From an uncultured bacterium (GTDB taxonomy: Bacteria > Latescibacterota > UBA2968), in NCBI GenBank assembly GCA_964471275.1, contig CAYYGZ010000002.1, positions 1-55,695 of the forward strand: 55,695 nucleotides of DNA. The letters run 5' to 3'. The translations under genes and the position numbers were made by a program. This document shows, piece after piece, positions 1 through 9,152 of this stretch. The notes under the pieces are model-generated. The model was given only the letters and a program-made list of their open reading frames with translations. It was not told the origin of the DNA and did no database searches. Each line of letters opens with the position of its first letter. Within the stretch, counting starts at the first letter, position 1.

Positions 1-1428
1 CGTGGCCAGCACGGCGGGTGGCTCGACCACAGTATATCCCATTAGTTCGGCTTGTTCACGTGCGGTGTCCACGATCCACTTTGCAGGAAGACCAAAGGCT
101 GGCTCGACCGTGTTGGTTCCCTCGATTTCGCCTTCAACATACCCCGGGTCCATCGCGAGCAGGTTCTTGGGTTCAATGTCTCCCGAAGCCACGTTAACTC
201 CGCGGATCTTTACCGTGTACTGGTTCGGTCTCAGCGAGACCATGTCGTCCCGGATCCGGATCGGCGGGATGACAACTCCGAGATCAAGGGCCGTCTGCTT
301 CCGCAACATGGTGACGCGATCGAGCAGGTCGCCTCCCTGTGCCGGGTCGACCAGGGGGATGAGACCGTAACCGATCTGTATCTCCAACGGATCGACGTGC
401 AGGTAGTCTTCGACCCGCTCCTCCGGTTGCGCGTTCTCCTGCTCGGAAGCTTCGGCCTCTTCCTCCTCGCGATCGATACCCCGCTGTGCCGTAAAGGCCA
501 CAAAGCCAGACGCCGCTGCCAGGATCAGGAAGGGAGTGGAGGGCAAACCGGGAACCAGCGCAAATGCGACAAGCACACCCGTTGCGACCATTATCGCCCG
601 AGGTTGCGACGTCAGTTCCTTGCCCAGATCCTTTCCGAGGCTATCCTCGGAGGTCGAACGTGTCACGATGATACCGGCTGAAATCGATGTGATCAGCGCC
701 GGGATCTGGGATACGAGACCATCACCGATCGTCAGGATGGTATAGGTTTGTGCGGCATCCGACGCCGCCATGCCAAGCTGAAGGACACCGATGCCCAATC
801 CACCGAGAATGTTGACCAGGGTGATTAGGATGCCGGCGATCGCATCGCCTCGGACAAACTTGCTGGCACCGTCCATCGCGCCGTAGAAGTCTGCTTCGCG
901 CGAGATGTTATGGCGACGTGTGCGTGCGTCTTCTTCTGTGATCAGGCCCGCATTGAGGTCGGCGTCGATGCTCATCTGCTTGCCCGGCATCGCGTCCAAC
1001 GTGAATCGCGCGGCGACCTCGGCAACTCGACCAGCGCCCTTCGTGATCACCACAAACTGAATGATAACGATGATCAGGAAAACGACCATACCCAGGATAT
1101 AGTTGCCTTTGACCACAAACTGCCCGAAGGCGTTGATCACCTCACCTGCGTAGGCTTCGCCGAGAATCAGTCGCGTCGTGGCGACGTTGAGGGAGAGGCG
1201 AAACAGGGTGAGAACAAGCAACAATCCCGGAAATACAGATAACTGGAGGGGATTGGTGATGTAGATGGTCATCAGAAGCACGATCAAGCTGAACGCGATG
1301 TTGAACGCGAGCAGTACATCCAGCAGGCCGGGAGGCATCGGTATGATCATCACCGAAATCATACCGATAACGGACAGGGCGAATATGACATCCGTGAATT
1401 CGGATATCTTGTCAAAGATCGCGTTCAC
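1..1428 (-). CDS. flhA: Flagellar export gate protein FlhA (partial, runs off the window start)
   Basis: Not in the ORF track; translated by hand from GTG at 1428 after an AGGAGG SD: MNAIFDKISEFTDVIFALSVIGMISVMIIPMPPGLLDVLLAFNI...LFRLSLNVATTRLIL...RFTLDAMPGKQMSIDADL...FYGAMDGASKFVRGDA (FHIPEP signature). Confidence 0.97.
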   Translation of the reverse strand, partial: MNAIFDKISEFTDVIFALSVIGMISVMIIPMPPGLLDVLLAFNIAFSLIVLLMTIYITNPLQLSVFPGLLLVLTLFRLSLNVATTRLILGEAYAGEVINAFGQFVVKGNYILGMVVFLIIVIIQFVVITKGAGRVAEVAARFTLDAMPGKQMSIDADLNAGLITEEDARTRRHNISREADFYGAMDGASKFVRGDAIAGILITLVNILGGLGIGVLQLGMAASDAAQTYTILTIGDGLVSQIPALITSISAGIIVTRSTSEDSLGKDLGKELTSQPRAIMVATGVLVAFALVPGLPSTPFLILAAASGFVAFTAQRGIDREEEEAEASEQENAQPEERVEDYLHVDPLEIQIGYGLIPLVDPAQGGDLLDRVTMLRKQTALDLGVVIPPIRIRDDMVSLRPNQYTVKIRGVNVASGDIEPKNLLAMDPGYVEGEIEGTNTVEPAFGLPAKWIVDTAREQAELMGYTVVEPPAVLAT

Positions 1429-1460
1429 CGCGTTCCTCCTGACGACCGTAATTCAGCCAT

Positions 1461-1490
1461 AATATACTGACAATTCAACAGTTTAGTCAA
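1461..1490 (-). promoter_or_regulatory. Putative sigma70 promoter of flhA
   Basis: Minus strand TTGACT-N18-TATATT in an AT-rich patch ~30 nt upstream of the flhA start. Confidence 0.6.
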
Positions 1491-1605
1491 CGGGAGCGCC
1501 TTTCCAACAACCCTTGAATGCAGAGCGCGGGCGGTAGGGGGCAGGGGAGAAGGCGCCGAGAGCTGAATGTTTGTCCGAATAGGTGTCATTTTGGCCTGAC
1601 TCGTA

Positions 1606-2682
1606 CTAGTTAGTCTCAGCGGTATCGCCACGCAGACGGAAGACGTAGGCCAGGACTTCGGCCACGGCCTTGTACAGGTCCCGTGGAATTTCCTGGCCGA
1701 TTTCGGCCGCCTTGAACAGGGTCTGCGCAAGCGGCTTATTCTCGACACAGGGAATGTCATTCTTACGAGCGATTTCCTTGATCTTCTGCGCAACCAGGTT
1801 CTGACCCTTGGCGACAACCATCGGAGCTGCCATCATCTCCGGATCATATTTCACTGCGATCGCGAAGTGTGTCGGGTTTGTGATGACGACATCCGCTTCC
1901 GGGACCTCGTCCATCATCCTGCGTCTTGCCGCCTCGCGCTGCAGACTTCGGATTCTCATCTTGACCTGCGGATCACCCTCGGTCTGTTTCTGCTCTTCCT
2001 TCACTTCCTGTTTGGTCATCTTGATGCTGTTGTTGTGTTCCCAACGCTGATAGGCGTAGTCCAGAACGGCCAGGATCAGTAGGATCAGGGCCGTCCGGAA
2101 TCCGACCCGCATGATCATCATCGCGATGTAGGCGAATGTGCTCCCAATACCCACGTCCAGCAGTGTTGCCATCGTCCCGAGTTCAGGGGTGATCGTGATG
2201 TAGCTGACGTATCCGACGATCCCAATTTTAAGGAGACCCTTGACGAGCTCGACAAGCGATCGCTTGGAGATCAGACGTTTGGCCCCCGCGATCGGATCGA
2301 GGCGCTGGAGCTTCAGGCTAAGCGCCTCCTCATTGATGGTGAAACCGACTTGCGACACGGAAACGACCAGGGCTGCCGTGGCGAGAACGAGCATGATCGG
2401 GCCAGAGACACCGAAGTAGAACATCGCCCAGGTCACCGCCAGGTTCCAGATGTTGCCCAGGCTGACATCGACCGTGTGCGGGCTCGAAAGAATATCGATG
2501 GTGAACCCGCTCAAGTCTCGATACATCATCCCACCCAGCATATATAGCCCACCAAGCGCGGACATCAGGACGACCGCAGAGTTGAGCTCCTGGCTTTTGG
2601 CAACCTGTCCCTTTTTCGCCGATTCTTCGCGGCGCTTGGGCGTTGCCTGTTCTGTTTTTTCCTGAAAGGACTCTTCAGCCAT
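1606..2682 (-). CDS. flhB: Flagellar export switch protein FlhB
   Basis: EKTEQATPKRREE N-terminus, four TM segments, MTKQEVKEE..EGDP, intact NPTH autocleavage site. Confidence 0.98.
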   Translation of the reverse strand: MAEESFQEKTEQATPKRREESAKKGQVAKSQELNSAVVLMSALGGLYMLGGMMYRDLSGFTIDILSSPHTVDVSLGNIWNLAVTWAMFYFGVSGPIMLVLATAALVVSVSQVGFTINEEALSLKLQRLDPIAGAKRLISKRSLVELVKGLLKIGIVGYVSYITITPELGTMATLLDVGIGSTFAYIAMMIMRVGFRTALILLILAVLDYAYQRWEHNNSIKMTKQEVKEEQKQTEGDPQVKMRIRSLQREAARRRMMDEVPEADVVITNPTHFAIAVKYDPEMMAAPMVVAKGQNLVAQKIKEIARKNDIPCVENKPLAQTLFKAAEIGQEIPRDLYKAVAEVLAYVFRLRGDTAETN

Positions 2683-2737
2683 GGTTCAATGGCAACCGGA
2701 ATATCGAACACCACCGTCGAAATTCGGTCGCTGCCTC

Positions 2738-3526
2738 CTACGGAGCCTGCATCTGTGTGAGCAGCATGCTCAGGTTTGGGCCGATGTCGGCGAACATTTT
2801 GACCAGGACGACCTGGAACAGCGGAAGCGAGATCATCAGCATCGCAACACCGATCCCGATCTTGAGTGGAAACCCGACGATAAAGACGTTCATCTGGGGC
2901 ACCGTTCTGGCGACGATACCGAGTGCCAGCGATGTCATGAAGAGCGCAGTGATCACGGGTGCCGACATCTGTATCGCCATGATGAACACCTGTGCCGTCA
3001 TCTCGATGATTCCAGAGCCTAGACCCGCAGAGAGATGAATACCACCCAGGGGGAGCATTTCGAAGCTTTGGATCAAGGCGTTCAGTATTACGTGATGTCC
3101 GTTGATCACCAAGAACGTGACGATGGCGATTAGATTCTTGAATGTTCCGATTACCGAGATCTGCTCGGCTGACAGGGGATCGATGATGTTAACGACGCCG
3201 AATCCGATGTCGATACCGATGATCTCTCCTGCAAACTGAACGGCGAAGAAGACAAGTCGTGCGGTGTAGCCGAACAGCATCCCGAGAATCAGCTCCTTCG
3301 CTGCGAGGATCACGTAGGGGAGAAGGTTCGGTTCAGGGTCCAGCTGTACCGGCATAGACGAGAACAGTGTCGCGGCGATGATGAGCCCAAGCCCGACCTT
3401 TGCCTGGCTGATGATCACTCGGTGTCCGAAGAACGGGCTGACCGCGATCACGCCGATGATGCGAATAAAGACGAGTAGAAAGACCTGGAATCGTGCGACG
3501 GAAAAATCGAGCCACGTTAGATCCAT
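2738..3526 (-). CDS. fliR: Flagellar export protein FliR
   Basis: 262-aa hydrophobic protein with FAGEIIGIDIGFG and ARTVPQMNVFIVGFPLKI motifs; synteny. Confidence 0.97.
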   Translation of the reverse strand: MDLTWLDFSVARFQVFLLVFIRIIGVIAVSPFFGHRVIISQAKVGLGLIIAATLFSSMPVQLDPEPNLLPYVILAAKELILGMLFGYTARLVFFAVQFAGEIIGIDIGFGVVNIIDPLSAEQISVIGTFKNLIAIVTFLVINGHHVILNALIQSFEMLPLGGIHLSAGLGSGIIEMTAQVFIMAIQMSAPVITALFMTSLALGIVARTVPQMNVFIVGFPLKIGIGVAMLMISLPLFQVVLVKMFADIGPNLSMLLTQMQAP

Positions 3527-3633
3527 AGGCTAGCGGCCGGTGACAGCCACCCCACTCTTGCTGAAGCTTTCACCTTTGCAGATGCTCTTGCAGGCGGGCC
3601 GTCGGGCAGGCAAATGACCAGAGCGGAACATGG

Positions 3634-3903
3634 TTAGCTCGCCATCATCGGGATGCGTGCCAGGAGCATGGTCATAAAGTCGAGCATCTTCTGCATCATC
3701 CAGGGCAGCGCGATCATCAGTGCCAGCGAAACGGCCAGGATTTTTGGTATGAAGGTCAGCGTGACCTCGTGGATCTGTGTTACGGCCTGCAGGATGCTGA
3801 TCCCCAGACCGACGACAAGACCTGCGATCAGCATAGGTGCCGAAATCAGAAGCATCAGGAAGATGGCTTCCTTGCCGAGATGGACGACGAACTCCGGGCT
3901 CAT
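3634..3903 (-). CDS. fliQ: Flagellar export protein FliQ
   Basis: 89 aa from ATG 3903 (GGAGGAG SD): MSPEFVVHLGKEAIF...ILQAVTQIHEVTLTFIPKI. Confidence 0.97.
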   Translation of the reverse strand: MSPEFVVHLGKEAIFLMLLISAPMLIAGLVVGLGISILQAVTQIHEVTLTFIPKILAVSLALMIALPWMMQKMLDFMTMLLARIPMMAS

Positions 3904-4122
3904 CTGGCTCTCCTCCCATCTCGACCCCGCGAGGGAGCAAGGGAGCGGGGGAGCGAACGCGAAGAGGCCTCTCTGTCGCTGCACGCTTTTTCAGTGAGCA
4001 GGCAGGCGAGACGCCAGAGGGAGCCGTGTTTCTTGCACGGCGGCATTGTCGGGTCTCCAACGAGACTCTTCAGGTGTTCCGATCCGTGTGATTCGCACCG
4101 GGTCGTCATAACGGAATCCATC

Positions 4123-4875
4123 CTACTTGAAGCTCGAAACGACCGAGTGAACGATGAGGTGCCAGCCATCGACGAGCACAAACAGGAGGATCTTGAACGG
4201 TAGCGATACAGTGACAGGCGGTAGCATCATCATACCCATTGAGAGCAGTGTGCTGGAGACGACCATGTCAATGATGATAAAGGGTATGAACAGAACGAAA
4301 CTGATCTGGAATGCGGTCTTGAGTTCACTGATCACGAAGCTGGGTATCAGGACCCGATTGGACAGCTCATCGACGTTTGCGGGACGTGGCTGACGCGCCA
4401 GCTTAGTAAAGAGAGCGAGATCTTTCTCTCGTGTGTTCTTGAGCATGAACCTGCGTATCGGTGCCATGGCCAGGTCGAGCGCCTGTGTATGGTCGATCTC
4501 CTCCTCCACGTAAGGAACAACCGCCTCGTCGTAGACCTGCTCGAAGATCGGTCCCATTACGAACATGGTCAGGAAGAGCGAGAGTCCGACGATCAGCTGC
4601 GTGGGCGGAATCTGCTGTGTCCCGATCGCCATACGCAAGAAGGAGAGCACCACGACGATCCGTGTGAAGGATGTCAGCATGATCAGGATCGCTGGTGCCA
4701 GCGACAGGATCGTCAGGAGGAAGATGATCTCGAGTGTGACCGAGACGTCTTCCGCCGACTGAGCTTCGCCGACTTCTACACTGATCTTCGGAAGCCCCTG
4801 AGCCTGCACGCTCTCAGGAAACGCAAAAAGGGCGATGACACCTGTCATCAGCCCGATTGTCAGCCATCTATTCAC
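4123..4875 (-). CDS. fliP: Flagellar export protein FliP
   Basis: Signal peptide, LTSFTRIVVVLSFLR, SELKTAFQI, GMMMLPP..SLPFKILLFVLVDGW. Confidence 0.98.
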   Translation of the reverse strand: MNRWLTIGLMTGVIALFAFPESVQAQGLPKISVEVGEAQSAEDVSVTLEIIFLLTILSLAPAILIMLTSFTRIVVVLSFLRMAIGTQQIPPTQLIVGLSLFLTMFVMGPIFEQVYDEAVVPYVEEEIDHTQALDLAMAPIRRFMLKNTREKDLALFTKLARQPRPANVDELSNRVLIPSFVISELKTAFQISFVLFIPFIIIDMVVSSTLLSMGMMMLPPVTVSLPFKILLFVLVDGWHLIVHSVVSSFK

Positions 4876-5471
4876 GTCGCCGGCTCCTCAATCTGTCTGA
4901 CGAACCGGGCGTTCACGGTCTTTAGAACATCGGTAAAACGCTGCACGACGGGCGTGCTTGGGGCATCCGCATACTGTGCGAGCGTGTCCTGAAGGTCGAG
5001 GTCGGTGAGCGTGGTCATCTGCTGATCGGAGACGCCAAGGGCGAGTGCCTTGTCGCCAATCTGTACGACGTAGATGGACTTCTTGGGTGCAATGTAGGCC
5101 CGGTCGAGGACGCGAATGTGCGTGGCCCCCGATGACCTGGTTCCGCCGGAGCTGAACCGCTTGAGCAGCTGAACGGCTCCCCATATCAGGAAGATGACCG
5201 CAAACAGGGAGAGTACCATCCGCGTGATGAGACCCACGGTGTCGGGCAGGGCCTCACCGGGGGGAAGGGCTGCCGTAGCAGACGAGACCACTGACGGGTC
5301 GACAACGCCGCTACCTTGGCCGTCGGACGGCTGCGCCGTTCTTGCCACCGACGTGGTCCGCAATGTGTCGGCGGAAGCCGCTTCAGACGTCTCTGGTGCA
5401 GCGTAGATGCTGCAGATCGGTCCTGTCAGACTGAGCAAGACGATCGCGACATAGTGCAGGATACGTTTCAC
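4872..5471 (-). CDS. fliO: Flagellar biosynthesis protein FliO/FliZ
   Basis: Signal-like N-terminus, single TM, then IRVLDRAYIAPKKSIYVVQIGDKALALGVS (FliO beta domain); overlaps the fliP start. Confidence 0.9.
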   Translation of the reverse strand: MKRILHYVAIVLLSLTGPICSIYAAPETSEAASADTLRTTSVARTAQPSDGQGSGVVDPSVVSSATAALPPGEALPDTVGLITRMVLSLFAVIFLIWGAVQLLKRFSSGGTRSSGATHIRVLDRAYIAPKKSIYVVQIGDKALALGVSDQQMTTLTDLDLQDTLAQYADAPSTPVVQRFTDVLKTVNARFVRQIEEPAT

Positions 5472-5518
5472 AGTGTTGCTCCGATTGGTGTTTCCGAGTA
5501 ATGGTCGGAACCCTGGGG

Positions 5519-5534
5519 AGCAACGGATATGCCA
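5519..5534 (-). promoter_or_regulatory. Sigma54 (-24/-12) promoter upstream of fliO
   Basis: Minus strand TGGCATATCCGTTGCT = TGGCAY-N5-TTGCT, GG-N10-GC spacing, ~48 nt before the fliO start. Confidence 0.8.
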
Positions 5535-5782
5535 CGTCTTCGGTGATGATGCGAGAAGGGGCGCGAGATCGGCAAAGGCCTCCCGCCTTTTGGACGTTCT
5601 GCCTGTCTAGTTGCGGAAAGTGCGTGCAGGCTCTGGGAAAGCCGCGGATGAGGATACACCAGGATCGAGAGGCCGAATCTGACGGGTGGAGGCCGGAGCA
5701 GAGCCGGGAAGGGCATACTTTTCCCCTCTTGTGGAAGCATGTTCCACGCCCATTCCGGAAGCGGTGTGCTGGGAAATCCCGA

Positions 5783-6358
5783 TCAGACGGGTGATCGGGC
5801 TGGTGCTGGTGCTGGTGAGATTTCGGTCAGGCGGACACCGAAGTTCTCCGCGATGACGACAACCTCGCCGCGCGCGTAAGGTTTGTTGTTTACGATGACG
5901 TCCACCAGCTCGCCTGACACCTTGTCGAGCTCGATCAGCGAACCCTCTGTCCAGTGGAGGAGGGTGCTGATTTTTTCGGTCGTGTTCCCAAGCTCGATAG
6001 AAACCGAGAGCTTGACGTCGAGGATGCGACGAACATTGGTCGAAGATATGCCCTCTGGCATCCCGCCCAGGTGCTGGATCGCGGCCGCCGTCTGCCGGGT
6101 CGACGCACCGGTCTCGGTCGCCATGGCCTGAATCATCTGGGATTCCAGGTCTCCTCCGTCCTCCGGAGGGGCTTCGTCACCGTCACCCCCCATCTCGTCC
6201 TGTATGGCCTGGAGCATCTGCTGCTCGAAGTCGTCACTGCCTCCTTCGGCCTCGTCTTCTGTTGCAGGCTCGTCGGTGGCCTCGGTTTCGCCGGCTTCTT
6301 CGGCCATCACGCGCATCATTTCATCCGCGACATCGTCAGTGTTGTCTTCTTCTGCCAT
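5783..6358 (-). CDS. fliN: Flagellar C-ring protein FliN with long acidic N-terminal extension
   Basis: C-terminal SpoA domain ILDVKLSVSIELG...LIELDK...ARGEVVVIAENFGVRLTEI. Confidence 0.9.
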   Translation of the reverse strand: MAEEDNTDDVADEMMRVMAEEAGETEATDEPATEDEAEGGSDDFEQQMLQAIQDEMGGDGDEAPPEDGGDLESQMIQAMATETGASTRQTAAAIQHLGGMPEGISSTNVRRILDVKLSVSIELGNTTEKISTLLHWTEGSLIELDKVSGELVDVIVNNKPYARGEVVVIAENFGVRLTEISPAPAPARSPV

Positions 6359-6381
6359 AGGGACCTGCTTTATGCGGGGTG

Positions 6382-7138
6382 TTAGGGTTCGGTTGGTTCC
6401 GGTAGAGGGCGTTGACGTCCGTCCAGTGACACGCCTTCGGATTCAACTCGATTGTAGATCTGGCTGGGCGTTATGCCTCGTTCGTTCATGTATCGGATAT
6501 GTATTTCAACGCGACGGTTCTTCGCCATGTTGAGGTCCGAGCTGTTCGGCGCAAGCGGCCGGTATTCGCTGTAGCCGGTTATCGAGATCCGCTGCGGCCC
6601 GCATTCCAGAAAGCTCCCAGTTCGACGCAAAGTTAGGAGTGTTTATGATTCGGCTGTCCGTGTGTCCCTGGACGTTGACGTGGTTCGGGATCTGGCTGAT
6701 GGCCTTGCCAACGGCATCGAGGACGATGGACGCGCTCTCTAGTACGCTTGCGTCGGCCGTCTCGAAGAAGAGCTTGTCCGAGATGCGAATGATGATACCC
6801 GATGTCGACTCTTCCAGGTGGACATCCCCCTGCAAACCGGCCTCTTCGATTGCATGCTCGAGTTTGGAGCCCGCTTTGTTCATCATCTCGGCCTGGGACA
6901 GGTTTCCTTCCGTTTTCGGCATGGACTGCCGGATCGGCAGGCTCAGCTGCGGCTGACCGGACAACACCCCCAGTGCGCCCTGAAGCGAGCCCATGGCGTG
7001 TTGGAAACTCATGACATCCACCGTCGAGAACGAGAGAAGAAGTACGAAGAATGTGAGGAGAAGCGACATGAGATCGCCAAAGGTCGCCAGCCAGCCTGGT
7101 AGGCCTTCAGGACAGTCTTCTTCTTTGATCATTGCCAT
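6382..7138 (-). pseudogene. motB: Second MotB/PomB-type stator subunit, frameshifted by an internal deletion near 6589-6598
   Basis: ORF 6506-7138 has WLATFGDLMSLLLTFFVLL and an OmpA domain up to SNWELSGMRA; the rest of the domain (PQRISITGYSEYRP...NRRVEI) continues in another frame to 6382; the V..YL helix is absent. Confidence 0.85.
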
Positions 7139-7160
7139 TGAGTGTTCTCCGTGATCGCGA

Positions 7161-7973
7161 TCATCGCTCCCAACTCCGCTTCTTCAAGATCGTGCCACCG
7201 GCGTCCCGCTGGCCCGAGACGCCGGCCTGCTCAAATGCCTTCGCGATGATTTCCAGATTCCCGTCCACCTCACCCGCATAGAGGATGTGGATTTCGACGC
7301 GTCGGTTACGAGCTCGATTCGCGTCGGTCGTGTTCGGTACAAACGGCCGGAATTCGCCGTAGCCCTCAGCGCTAAGCCGTCTACCGTGAAGGTTGGTTTC
7401 GGTGATCAGATATCGCACCACGTTGACTGCTCGCTGAAAAGACAGCTCCCAGTTTGAAGGATAAGTGCCCCGGATGATCGGCTTGCTGTCCGTGTGCCCT
7501 TGGACGACGATTTCGTTCGGGAGCAAGATCAGCATGGCGCCGATCTTGTTAAGTGCATTCTGAATCGTCGGTTTGAGAACAGCCCGCCCCACGTCATACA
7601 GAACGGGCGCCTGAATCCGAATGACAAGCCCGCTCGCCGTTCCCTCGAGCGTGATGTCGCCCTCAAATCCCTCGCCCGAGAGCGTTTCTTCGAGTTCCTC
7701 GGCGCTTTTTCGGATATTCTGCGACTGTGCGACACTCCCGCGCACCATCGGCATCATGACGCGGATCGGCTGGCTCAACTCAGGCTTCGAGTCGAACACG
7801 CCGAGCGAACCGCGTAACGACCCCATGGCCTTCTGAAACTTGACCTCCTCCATAGACGAGAAAGACAAGAGGAGCACAAAGAAGGTCAGGAGTAACGACA
7901 TGAGATCGCCGAAGGTCGCTAGCCACCCGGGCAGGCCTTCCGGACATTCATCATCTTTGATCAGCTTCGCCAA
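7161..7973 (-). CDS. motB: Stator subunit MotB/PomB (OmpA-like peptidoglycan-binding domain)
   Basis: WLATFGDLMSLLLTFFVLLLSFS TM with conserved Asp; GHTD, NWELS..RA, GYGEFRP, NRRVEI; TTG start. Confidence 0.96.
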   Translation of the reverse strand: MAKLIKDDECPEGLPGWLATFGDLMSLLLTFFVLLLSFSSMEEVKFQKAMGSLRGSLGVFDSKPELSQPIRVMMPMVRGSVAQSQNIRKSAEELEETLSGEGFEGDITLEGTASGLVIRIQAPVLYDVGRAVLKPTIQNALNKIGAMLILLPNEIVVQGHTDSKPIIRGTYPSNWELSFQRAVNVVRYLITETNLHGRRLSAEGYGEFRPFVPNTTDANRARNRRVEIHILYAGEVDGNLEIIAKAFEQAGVSGQRDAGGTILKKRSWER

Positions 7974-7976
7974 ACG

Positions 7977-8750
7977 CTACTCTCCGTCTTCCTCACCGCT
8001 TGGCCGCAAGGACGGCGCGATAAAGGTGGCAAGCTTCTGTTCGACAATCCGAGGGTTGTCACCCGACTGGATGGACATAATCCCCTCCATAATCATTCGC
8101 TTCTGTAGCAGCTCTTCGGCAGACCGGATCTTCAGCTTTCCCGAGATGGGGATGAAGACCAGGTTTGCGACCACAGCGCCGTAGAAGGTCGTGATCAGCG
8201 CCGTCGCCATACCGGGTCCGAGCGCCGAGGGATCATCCAGGTTCTGGAGCATATTCACGAGACCCACCAGAGTCCCGATCATGCCGAAAGCCGGACCGGC
8301 GGATCCCATGTAGGTGAACATGTTCGCCCCGGATTTGTGTCGTTCCTCGATGAACGACAGCTCAGTCTCTAGGATCGTCTGGATCAGCTCGGGCTCGGTG
8401 CCATCAACTGCCAGGCGGATGCCGGTTGACATGAACGCATCGTCAACTTCCTTGACGGCCTGCTCGAGCGCGAGGATACCTTCTCGCCGTGCCGTTTCGG
8501 CGAAACCGACGATTTTTTCGATCAGTTCGGTCGAGGGGAGACTCGTCCAGAAAAACGACTTCATTCCCACACTTACCAGACCGACCATCTGATTCAGCGG
8601 GTGGTTGATGAGCGTTCCCGCGAGCGTTCCGCCCAGGGTGATCAGAAGAGACGGAGTGTCGATAAACGCCGACATCGTTCCGCCACTGAGGATTCCCATA
8701 ACGATGAGCGTGAAGCCGGCGATGAGTCCGACAATGGTGGTTATGTCCAT
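7977..8750 (-). CDS. motA: Stator subunit MotA/PomA
   Basis: ARREGILALE, PAFGMIGTLVGLV, MATALITTFYG, GIMSIQSGDNPRI. Confidence 0.97.
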   Translation of the reverse strand: MDITTIVGLIAGFTLIVMGILSGGTMSAFIDTPSLLITLGGTLAGTLINHPLNQMVGLVSVGMKSFFWTSLPSTELIEKIVGFAETARREGILALEQAVKEVDDAFMSTGIRLAVDGTEPELIQTILETELSFIEERHKSGANMFTYMGSAGPAFGMIGTLVGLVNMLQNLDDPSALGPGMATALITTFYGAVVANLVFIPISGKLKIRSAEELLQKRMIMEGIMSIQSGDNPRIVEQKLATFIAPSLRPSGEEDGE

Positions 8751-8789
8751 AAGACATACCTCTTGAATACTAGTAGAACGAGCGTACGG

Positions 8790-8996
8790 TTAACGAGATT
8801 TGACCTCCGGTTCAAGCCGGAGAGCACGTCTCTTGTATTCTACGACTTTGTCGATCAGTTCGTCTATGGATTCTTTCGCGACGACCTTCCGACCTGTTGT
8901 GAGCGTGACGATGGTGTCCGGGGTGGCCTCCAGAAACTCGATAAGATCAGCGTTGACGACAAGAACTGAGTCGTTGAGTCGTGTGATCTTGACCAT
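8790..8996 (-). CDS. flbD: Flagellar FlbD/SwrD family protein
   Basis: MVKITRLN...VNADLIEFLEATPDTIVTLTTGRKVVAKES; canonical position between flgE and motA. Confidence 0.93.
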   Translation of the reverse strand: MVKITRLNDSVLVVNADLIEFLEATPDTIVTLTTGRKVVAKESIDELIDKVVEYKRRALRLEPEVKSR

Positions 8997-9029
8997 TGCT
9001 GCCACCTCTTTCCTTAGACGCAGCGAGGG

Positions 9030-9066
9030 GTGGGGTGCGGAGATCGGTAAGACCTCCGCACCCCAC
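9030..9066. promoter_or_regulatory. Strong stem-loop between flgE and flbD (possible mRNA stabiliser or attenuator)
   Basis: Perfect 13-bp inverted repeat GTGGGGTGCGGAG/CTCCGCACCCCAC with an 11-nt loop; no clear U-tract. Confidence 0.6.
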
Positions 9067-9152
9067 GTCCTTGCTGAAAGACCGGGCGACCGGCAGTCAC
9101 CCTTTACGAATGTTACCAGCCTCGCACAAAGGTCTACGAGACTAGCGAGAGA

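Noticed and set aside
5468..5740. 90-aa ORF between fliN and fliO as a remnant of fliM or fliL
   Set aside because: No similarity visible, no SD, and it spans the sigma54 promoter region.
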